Shown piece after piece: positions 50,201 through 60,612 of a stretch of DNA of 64,000 nucleotides (position 1 is its first letter; every line of letters begins with the position of its first letter). This DNA is from Monocercomonoides exilis PA203 (lineage: Eukaryota > Protista > Preaxostyla). A program made the translations under genes and the position numbers. The stretch lies in NCBI GenBank assembly GCA_001643675.2, contig LSRY02000037.1, positions 62,001-126,000 of the forward strand, given 5' to 3'. The notes beneath the pieces are model-generated. The model was not told the origin of the DNA, ran no database searches, and saw only the letters and a program-made list of their open reading frames with translations.

Positions 50201-52092
50201 CAGATGCGTCTCAAGCTGAACAGACCCAAACGAAGGCTGTTCGTCATACTCACTCACATGAAGAGAAGTGAATTCACAGTTCTTGAAGCTAATTTCAACT
50301 GGCTGAGATTCTTGATTGGATGATGAGGAATAATCATCTTTTGCTTCTGGTGTTGAAGGAATCAGATTGAAAAGTGAACAAGTTGAAAATGACAAATGTG
50401 TAAAGCTAACTCCCTCGAATGAAGCTTGAGCTGTTTGTGAAATCACAAAAGGAGAAGTAGAAAACGCTGCTTTATCTGCATGACATTGAGAAAGCTGCAC
50501 AACTCCACCCAAAACGCTGATCAAATGCACGCAACTTGAAACATCTTGCGATTCTGAAGAAGTGAGAATGAAAGAGCACGATGAAAATTGGATGTTTCCT
50601 GTTTCTGTCGAAGAGGAAAACAACGAAGCACCTTCAGGTGTGTCAACAGCAAAAACAGAAGGAATATGAAAATCGATCGAAGAAAACGAAAGAGCGGTTG
50701 TGGATGAAACAACACTTCCACATGCAAACTGAACATTGGTGCTGATGTTAATCCCGCTGTTTTCTTTGCCAAATGACACAACATTGACTGAGTTGAGCGA
50801 AATGTCATTTTCGATCGAGCCATTCGATTTCACAGTGATCACACGAAGTGGCACATCTGCACTGCTCTCTGCAAGTCGATTGACAGAATAGTCAAGCGAT
50901 TGGCACGGAACATATTTGTTCCCACAAAACACCTCGTTCTGCCCTGCTGGCGCCTCAACCAGAACAGACGCACTCACAAAACCTTCCGCAAAAATCATCA
51001 GATCAACCGCCTCGCTGAAACAGCTCCTGTCAGACCCAACCAGCGCATTCGTTTTGACTTAAAATTGCGTTGCAAATGCAAACAACTCAGAATTCACACA
51101 CTTCTTTGGATCATTCACCACAATGAACATGTCTCTTCCATGGTATACCGTGTTTCCTCCAACCCTTATCTCTGAAAATGAATGTCTATCATTGTTGTCT
51201 GTTGCACATGTCAAATTGATTCCACAGCCACATCCTTCAGAACTGCTACAGATGCTGTTCTCCACCCCCACATTCATCTTTTTCAATTGCCCAACTGCCC
51301 ATTTCAGCTCAAAAGACATCGCTCCTCCCTTTTTGCATCCTTCCGAGCCGAGTGTTTGGAACGTGCATCCAACAACTTCCATTTCGTAATTGTTCAGAAG
51401 AAAGAATATCGAATAACACGGATTTGATGCTCCGTTGTTGACGCTACTGAATGAAAAATATCTCAACAGACGAACTGCTGTTAAAAAATCTTCTTTGTCT
51501 TAAAATTTCTCCTTTTTTGATCTTTTCTTTTTTACGGAAAACACGAATAAATAAAGAATTTTATATATGATATTTTGCGAAAGATTCTGATTGTTGTATA
51601 TGAATAGGAATCAATATCATCGATGAAATAAACATAAATACTGAATTTTGTTTTTTTTAGTTTTATCCTTAATTTAATTTGCATATGACGGTGCGCTTAT
51701 GACAATTGAAAATTTTCTGATGTTCAATGAAGTTTATGTATTCCTTTGTGCTCGAAATAACCTGTATGAAAAAAAAACTCAATTGTGTCTATCTTGTTCG
51801 AAAAAACATTGAAAAGAGTTAACATGTTACGGTTTTGTATTTCTCAAAATTCGATCACAACAAAAATAAAAACAGAAAAATGAATAACGTGCTCAGTTGT
51901 GAATAAAGTAATGAATAAAAAACGATGATTGTTCAAAAATATTTATGGGATAGATCGAACGAAAAACAGAAAGTTATTAATAGTGCATTTTCGACAAATA
52001 AAACTAATTTTAAATTAATTAATATAACGTTTTCTTTCGTATGATTTATAAAAAATATTTTTTATCGATGGTCTATATTCTTGGAACTTGCC
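47269..52092. mobile_element. Inner element with ~157-bp near-identical TIRs (Mutator-like) enclosing a host gene fragment
   Basis: 47269-47425 (GGCAAGTTCCAAGAATAT...CCCATAAATATTTT) is the near-perfect reverse complement of 51936-52092. No transposase lies inside, and the 9-bp flanks match only 6/9. Confidence 0.75.
47921..51466 (-). pseudogene. Frameshifted internal fragment of a repeat-ectodomain surface protein (same superfamily as the two receptors)
   Basis: Three collinear ORFs (51059..51466, 48806..50998, 47921..48790) carry GQNEVFCG...VPC, GRDIHGCG...PC, GKNKKDCG...PC, GKGGFLYL and FSGNEAFVGKNVFI. No signal peptide, TM segment or kinase is visible. Confidence 0.8.
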
Positions 52093-53044
52093 AATGATTT
52101 TATGGATAGCAAGAATCTTTTCAAATACGCTTCAAATAGTTCGTGGTTTATTGTTCCTCGAATCACTTCTGTGTATCCCATTCCGTTCATTGAGATTGAA
52201 GTAATTGCAGTGATAGATTGAAACAAAGGAGGAGGAGGTGCAAGCACTTTCTCTCCCTTTTCCGACCATCCGTACTTTCTAATGCAGCTTATATTCCAAG
52301 AAGTCTCGTCAATAAAAAAAGGAACAGCACCGTCCCGCTGATATTGTAAAAGCTTCTCCACAAAGTGTATTCTTTGGAGTTTGTTTTCTTCAGAATTACC
52401 AGCTGACGGTCGTACAGTAATTCTTTTAAAGAAAACAACTGAAACTTGTGTGTCTCACTGTTTCTTTCTGTCAAAATTTTATGAACCGAAGATTTTCCAA
52501 TAAAATGGCCTGCATTAGTCATTTCGTGCGCAACTTTTCTCAAAGTTGTCAGCGGGTTAAGTTTCATTTTTTCTCTAACTATTTGATTCAAAGTGTCATT
52601 ATCAACTATTCTTTTCCTTCCTCTTTTTATGAACGGTTGTGTAATGTCCACACCGACTTGCAACTTTGATAAATACCTTGCAGTTGTAATTGTTGTTAGC
52701 AAGCATTCTTTGGAATACCACGATTCTGTCTTTGCCTGACCATGAACACAAAACAAATCCGTTAGTTTTCTTCTTTTTTCCAATGTAGCTGGAGTGTGGG
52801 GTTTTTTGTTGATAAACGTTTCAGAATCATTAGCTTTCTGTATTTGCTCGCTTTTTTGTGCTTCGGCTTCTTTTTTCTTCAATTCTGCTCTCATACGAAT
52901 AACATGGTAAATACTGTCTTCCAGGGGATGAGTGAAGTGCATTATGACTGGCCTGACACCATATTCTTCTGCAGTTGTGACGTTTTGAGTGATCAAAAAT
53001 TTTTTTTGTGTTGTTCGAGCATCCAATAAATAAATATTGCTCAT
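52093..53044 (-). pseudogene. Tc1/IS630-family transposase, split into two frames and truncated after the first catalytic Asp
   Basis: KRGRKR, then HTH-like NPLTTLRKVAHEM...IGKSSVHKIL. In the -1 frame it continues FKRITVRP..GNSEENK.QR..FV...FFIDETSW...YGWSEKGEK...TAITSISMNG. It is cut off by the inner TIR. Confidence 0.85.
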
Positions 53045-53224
53045 AAAGATATTTTTTCACTGTTATTATCAGATATTAAGGTTTTAAAAATTTACCACAA
53101 TTGAAGGTTTGATCAACATTATTTTCGGACAGATCAACATTTATTACGGACAGACTGTAGTGAAAAAAACACCCATTATTTATCACATTTTTAAAGGATC
53201 AAAATTCAAATAATCTTTTTTAAA

Positions 53225-56200
53225 ATGTCAACTTTTTCTGAAAAAGAACGAGTTTGGCCAGCATCAGGAGAAGCCATATATCGCGTTCCGGGGAATAAAG
53301 ACGGTTTGGTCGATTATTTACTTATTAAAATTTTTTATGTGTTTTTAACAACAACAATTATATTTTAACAGTTCTTGTTGAATTAGTTGAACGAAGACAG
53401 CGCCCGCACGGGCAACAAGAAGTGTATATACATTTCGTTGGAAGTATTTTCAAATATTTTTGATTAAATTTTTTATTATCTTTTGAACTTTTCCATTTAC
53501 AAATTATTTTTTATTTTAGCTGATAAACGACTTGATCGTTGGGTTTTCGAAAGCTTTATAATACCAAAGGATATTGATTATGAACCTGTACCTGTTTGTA
53601 TTTCGTTCTTAGACTTTTATTTGAATTTAATTTCATTTTTAGGATTATCTTAAAACAAGAAATCAAAAGTTTCACAAAATAACCGAAGAAGAAGGATTCC
53701 CTGTTGAGCTTTACGACCCCTTTCTTGTTCACATTGGACAATATCACGAAGAACCTCAAAGGGTTAGGAATATTGAAAAGATTGTATTCGGAAAATATTT
53801 GATAAATTGTTGGTATTGGAGTCCTTATCCATCCGAATATGGAATTGTTCCAGTTCTTTATATATGTGAATATTGCTTACGAGATTTCAGACACGAAGCT
53901 AATTATAGAAAACACTATGAAAAATGTCCCATGCGGCATCCTCCTGGAAACGAGATCTATCGAGATGGAAATGTTTCGGTGTTTGAAGTGGATGGAGAGG
54001 AAGCCGAGTCGTATTGCCAGAGCCTCTCGCTCATATCCAAGCTGTTTCTGAACCACAAGACGCTCTTTTTCGACGTCGGCTTGTTTCTGTTCTACGTTCT
54101 CTGTGAAGTGGACGAGGACGGATGCCACTTTGCAGCTTATTACTCGAAAGACAAGCGTCCGCTGAGTGAAAACAGCCTCGCCTGCATCGCCACGCTGCCG
54201 CCGTATCAGAAGAAAGGCTACGGGACGCTGCTGGTGGGGCTATCGTACGAGCTGATGGCGCGCTCCGGCAAGCACAGCGGCTCCCCGGAACGCCCTTTGT
54301 CTGACTTGGGGAAGATAATTTTCCTCTCCTATTGGAAACACAAAGTGATTGAGCATTTCCGAAGAGTGAAGAACACACACAGACTGAGGCAGCACGGCAG
54401 CGCAGTGACATTGGTGATGGACACAGGACAAGTGGTGGGGGAGATGGTGAGGGGGAAGAGGAGGAGGGTGCTGAGTGGAGGAGGAGGAGGAGGAGGAGGG
54501 AAGGGAGAAGGGAAAGGGGGAGGAGGAGGTTATAGAAATAGTAATAATAATTCTAATTCTTCTTCTTCTTCTTCTTCTTCTTCTTCTTCTTCTGTTTCCT
54601 CTATTAATACAAGTGGGGCAGCAAATGAAGCAAAGGCAATAATTATCATAGATGAGGACGAGAAGAGCAAAAATTCAAAAGAATTAGACATTTCAAAGGA
54701 AGATAGTGTTGCTAATGAATCACAGAAGCTTCAGTCTTTTTCTTCTCCTTCTCCTTCTTCTGCTTCTTCTTCTGATTCCGCTATTATTATTTCAGATTCT
54801 TCACATTCACATGCCTCCTCCTCCTCCTCCTCCTCCTCCTCCTCCTCCTCCTACTCCTCCTCCTCCTCCTCTTCCTCTTCCTCTTCCTCTTCTTCCTCTT
54901 CTTCCTCTTCTTCCTCTTCTTCTTCTCAATCTTCTTCTTCATCCAACAAACACTCCATCCTCATTCACACACCTCACCAAACTCTTCAGTCAGTCAAGCT
55001 TTCTATCTCTTCTTCGTCTCCATCTTCTCATTCTCATTCTCCTTCTCCTTCTCCTTCTCCTTCCTCCTCCTCCTCCTCCTCCTCCTCTTCTTCTTCTTCT
55101 TCTTCTTCTTCCTCATCAGAACAAACACCTCGTTCCATTTCAGATTCATCTGCAATTCATTCATCGTCGATCACTTCAAACAACAATACACCATCCTCAA
55201 TTCATTCCACTTCATCGTCTTCATCATCATCATCATCATCATCATCTTCTTCTTCTTCTTCATCATCTTCTTCATCATCATCTTCTTCATCAAATTCTTC
55301 TTCTTTTCCATCTCCTTCTTCTTCTTCCTCAATAATCACATTCAAATGCTGCAATGATAACGATAAAGTCATTTCGTCATCATCATTACTATCATCATCA
55401 TCTTCTTCTTCTTCTCTTTCTTCCAATTCAAAAATTTCTCCTCCTCCTCCTTCTTCTTCTTCTCAAAATTCTTCTTCTCTTTCTTCTCTTTCTTCTTCTT
55501 CTTCTCCCTCTTCCTCTTCCTCTTCCTCTTCCTCTTCTGTAAACGCAATGATTGAACAAGTTATGTCTTCTCCCCATTCAGATGTATCTTTTCCATCTTC
55601 ATTAACATCATCATCATCATCTTTTTCTTCCCCCTCTCCTTCTTCATCCTTCTCTTTTCCTTCTTTTCCTTCTTTTCCTTCCTCCTCTTCTTTTTCCTTT
55701 CCTTCTTTTCCTCCTCCTCCTCCTCCTTCTTCTTCTTCTTCACTTTCTTCTTCATCTTCATCATCTTCTTCTTCCTCTTCCTCTTCTTCTTCTTCTTCTT
55801 CTTCTTCTTCTCCCTCTTCTTCTTCTCATTCATCAAACATTTCACAATCAAAAGAGTTAACTCAAATTCGTTTCTCTTCTTCCACTTCACCTCAACAGTT
55901 AAACAATTCATCATCTTCTTCTTCGAATTCTTCTTCTTCCTCCTCTTCCTCCTCTTCCTCTTCTCTTCCTTCTCTTTCTCCTCCACCTCCACCTCCTCCT
56001 TCAATTTCATCTTCCTCTTCTTCTTTCTCTTCTTCTTCTTCTCTTTCTTCTTCTTCTTCTTCTTCTGATAACAATTCACTCAAAAACTCATCACTCAATT
56101 CAATTTCTCCTTCTTCTCCTTCACAAATTTCCTCTTCTTCTTCTTCTCTTTCATCATCTTCCTCTTCCTCCTCTTCTTCTCTTCCTTCTCCTTCCCTTTC

Positions 56201-58115
56201 TCCTTCTCTTTCCCCTTCTTTCTCTTCCTTTTCTTCTTCCTTATCACCACCTCCTCTTCCTCTCCTTCACACCCCTTCTGATTCGGATAAAATATCTTCA
56301 TCTTCATCTTCAACTTCTCCTTCTTCTTTATCTTCTTCTTCTCCTTCGCCTTCTTCCTCTTCCTCCTCCTCCTCCTCTTCTTCTTCTTCTCATTCTTCTT
56401 CAAAATCTTCTTCCTCTTCCTCTTCTTCTTCTATTGTTCGTTCTTCTCCAATCACCAGATCATCTCGTATTAATTCATCATCATCATCTTCTTCCTCTTC
56501 CTCTTCCAAAACTCTTCTCGAATTCAATTTCCTTCCTGAATCTTTCTCTTCTTCTTCTTCATTTTCTTCTTCTTCTCCTCCTTCATCATTATCTTCTTCT
56601 CTTTCTTCTTCTCCCTCTTCTCTTTCTCCCTCCTCTTCTTCCTCTTCTTCTTCTTCTGATGCCGCTTTACTCGAATTCTACCTCAGCCACACCACAATCG
56701 ATGAGCTAGCACTCAAAATTAGCATCCGAAGTGAAGATGTTTTGTTCACATTGATCAAATTGAACTTGATTTTGTGGAACAAAAAATTGAAAAGAGCTGA
56801 GTGGTACAGCGATGTTGGGGAAAAGATATGTGTTTTGATTGAAGAAATGAGCAAAAAAGAAGAGGAAGAAGGGAAAAAAGAAGAAGAATACAGAAGATTG
56901 AGAGATCTGGAGATGAGAATGAAGAAGGGGGAGTTTGAAGCAGCGAAGAAGAAGAAGAAGAAGAGGAAAGGAGGGAGGAAGGCGAAGAATATGAAGGATG
57001 AGAAGGATGTTGATGTTGTTATTGGAGGAGATAGAGAAGGAGGAGGAGAAGGAGGAGGTGAAGGAGGAGGTGAAGAAGAAGATGATGAAGGGAAGAAGAT
57101 GAATTCTTTGTTGTTATCTTCTTCTCTTTCTTCTTCTCTTTCTCCTTCTTCCTCTTCCTCTTCCTTCTCCTCCACCTCCTTTTCTCTTCTCCCTCTCCTC
57201 ACCTCCATCTCCACATACTCTTCATCATCATCCTCTTCTTCTCTTTCCATCGAAGAAGTCAATCACATCTTGTCCCTTCCTTCTTCTCAGCATCTTCTGA
57301 ACAACCCCCCTCCTCTTCGCTTTCAGCCGCATCTTCTCTTTCAGCATCAGAAGAAGCCAATTGCAGAGGTGAATCCGCTGGTGAGGTTGATGAGGCAGAA
57401 GAATGGAGGAGGAGGAGGGGAAAGAGGAGAAAGAGGAGAAAGAGAAAGAGAAAGAGGAGAAAGAGGAGAAAGAGGAGGAGAAAGAGGAGAAAGAGGGGAA
57501 AGGGGAGGAAGAATGGAAAGGAGTGAAAGGAGTGAAAGGAGTGAAAGAGAAAGAGAAAGAGGAGGGAAGACGATGAGAGGAGAGAAAAGTAGAGAAAGAG
57601 AAAGAGAAAAAGAGAAGGAGAAGGAGAAAGAGAAGGAGAAAGAGAAAGAAAAAGAAAAAGAAAAGGAGAAGGAGAAGGAGAAAGGAAGAGGAAGAGGGAA
57701 AGGGAAAGGGAAAGGGAAGAATGGAGGAGAAGCAGGAATACGTGGGGTAAGTACAGAAAGAGAAAGAGGAAGAGAAGGAGAAAATGAAAAAGAAGAAAAA
57801 GAAAAAGAAAAAGAAAAAGAAGGAGAAAGAGAAGAAGAAGATGATGATGATAAAGAAGATGATGGATATAAAAAAGACATGAATAAAGAAGAAAAAGAAA
57901 AAGAAAAAGAAAAAAGAAAAGAAAAAGAAAAAGATGATGATGAGGAAGAAGAGGAGGAAGAAGAAGAAGATGATGATGATGAAAGTGACGAAGATGATGA
58001 AAATGACAAAGAATATGTGGAGAAGAAGAAGAGGAAGTATACAAGAATAAGAGAAACATCAAATATGAGAAAGGTGAAGAGGCATCCAGGAAGACCAAGG
58101 AAAAAGGAGTTATGA
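53225..58115 (+). CDS. MYST-family histone acetyltransferase (Esa1/Tip60/MOF type) with a Tudor-knot; exons 53225-53303, 53372-53443, 53520-53587, 53643-58115
   Basis: The spliced N-terminus gives YIHFVGTDKRLDRWV (Tudor-knot). Other motifs are VRNIEKIVFGKYLINCWYWSPYP, C2HC finger CEYC...H...C, KLFLNHKTLFFDV, LACIATLPPYQKKGYG, GSPERPLSDLG and a C-terminal AT-hook-like RHPGRPRK. The intron 3 donor could be 6 nt downstream. Confidence 0.92.
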
Positions 58116-58231
58116 TTAGAATAATAATAATAATAAGACATTTATTTATTAAATAAATAAATAAATAAATAGGTTAATTAATTAATGCTTGCGTTTAGAT
58201 AAATTAAGCAGCTCATTTTTCTCTATCTTTT

Positions 58232-58378
<147 letters not shown>

Positions 58379-58504
58379 CTTTCTCTTTCTCTTTCTCTCT
58401 CTCTCTTCTTTTCTTTCTTTTTCTTTTTCTTCAATCTTTCGTTTTATTACCAACAGAAAGAATTAATGTTTTTATTTTTATTTTTATTTTTATTTTTATT
58501 TTTA

Positions 58505-58535
<31 letters not shown>

Positions 58536-59376
58536 TTATTTTATTTTATTTTATTTTATTTTCCTTCAAAAGAATTTCATTGTTATTATGTTGATTTTAT
58601 TATAACACACTCAATATTCATCTCTTGCTTTAATTGCGTTGCTAATCATCTTATTTTATTTTTTAATCTATTTATAGAAGCAATAAGATGCTTTCACTAT
58701 TTTGTTGTTATTTATTTTTTAATTGTATTTATGTTTCATATGTAATTTTATTTATTACCAATTTTTTTTTGATCTGTTTTCCAAAGTTTTTCATTTTCTT
58801 TTTGTTTTTGTTTGTTTTTATATTAGAAAATTGATCATTCTTTTTTAATTTTTTTTTAAACAATGATATGACAGTTGTGAAAATTCTGTAGTTTTTATTT
58901 TTATTTTCTGATTTCGAAGAGTATTTGCGTTTTTGTGAATTTGTTAATTTAATTTTTTTATAATCTTGTTCATTGTTGAATTTCACACCGTGTCAATCTT
59001 TCACACACCACATACACTTTTGCAGAGAACTTTTCACAGAAAAGTTGAAAACTAGCGCTTAATAAATTGTTTCTTTCAAATAAAGAAAGTGAAAATTCAT
59101 TTTCTTTTTCCTTTTTTTAAATTTGCTCTGTCATTTGCATTTCATGTAAAAGTGAATTCAAAAATAAGATTTCTTCATTTTTTCGGAAAAAAATCTGCAT
59201 ATCGAGAAATAAACACACGGAAATAAGTGAATAAATTTCTATGCACATGTGCATTAATAATTGGATGCTGTATAGCATATATTAATCAGATATCGAATAA
59301 AACACCATCAAATAATATTACAATATGGGTTCGATCATTTAGTTTCTTACAATTGTTTTTTCTCAATTTTGAGGAG

Positions 59377-60547
59377 ATGCAGCGAGCTAGAAATCGCAAT
59401 GGAGTCATAAAACGTAATGGACATACGATTATTAAACAAAGCGCACAAAATGTTTGACTTCATTTCTTGTATTTATTCGATGGTTATTATTTGCATTTCG
59501 TCTCTCGTGCAATTTTTGAACTTTGAATAATATGTTCTTAACAGAAGAGACATGCAGCATCTCCAAGATTGATGCAGGTTAGATAATTATTTAAGTTCCT
59601 TAAATCAAATAACGTCAAATAAATTATTTATCTTATTATACAGAGTAGTAATACAAATACTCAGAGTTTACATCCTGCTCATCAACATCCAAATGCAAAG
59701 GGATTTTATTGTGTATTTGTTTTCGATGAACCAGAACAACTTATGTCAAGAAAGCTTGCACTTTCTGAAAGACATAGAATCATTGAATTATCATCATTGA
59801 TTCCAGCTTACGATTCATTCTTTTTTCCTCATGCAAAATATAAATCATCTGTTACCGGAAGATCAGGAAATCGTGCTTCGAGTGATGATAGATCTGATGA
59901 AGTTCCTGATCCTCCATCTCCATTTCTTCCACAAAAATTATTTTTCAGAGGATTTTTTCACGTAGAAGCGAATGACACTGTGCGAACATTTAAAAAGCGT
60001 GTTCTCAGATCACTTCTTGATACACCTGCATGTCGTAGATGGTGGCGCCGACACACTTTTTCTCCAATTACTCTCTTTCACAGCGCCGCTCCAGAACTTG
60101 GAGCTTTTCCTCATTCCATGTTTGGCAAGAAAGAGGAATGGGGTATTTTAGATGAGGATGACCAACGCGATGCAGATGAGGAGGAAAGAGAAGAAGGCAG
60201 CCAATCGATGGATGTGGAAAGAAGGAAAGAAAGAGCATCACTGACTGATGGAAGAGCTAGCGCCAGTAGAGATATAGAAATGTTCAGACAAGGTTTGAGA
60301 TCAAAGAAAGAAGAAAATGAAGAGGTGAAGAAAGAAGAGAAAGAAGAAGGGGAGAAATGAAGAGAGAATGTTTTATTTTGGAAATCTGTTTTTTTATGAT
60401 GAATTTTCTTTTTGTTTAATTCACTTTTATTTTTTTTCAAAACATTTATTATTTTTTACAAACTCTTTGCTTTATTTCATAATCAAATAAAAATCATTCA
60501 TATTTTCTATCTTTCTATCTTTCTTTCTTTCTTTGATTCTTTCATTT

Positions 60548-60612
<65 letters not shown>

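Larger units (their letters stand above)
46760..53157 (-). mobile_element. Tc1/IS630-type element bounded by 47-bp TIRs, expanded to 6.4 kb by a nested insertion
   Basis: CAGTCTGTCCGTAAT(T/A)AATGTTGATCTGTCCGAAAATAATGTTGATC at 46760-46806 and inverted at 53111-53157, with 1 mismatch. Both ends are flanked by TA, and a transposase remnant lies inside the right end. Confidence 0.85.
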
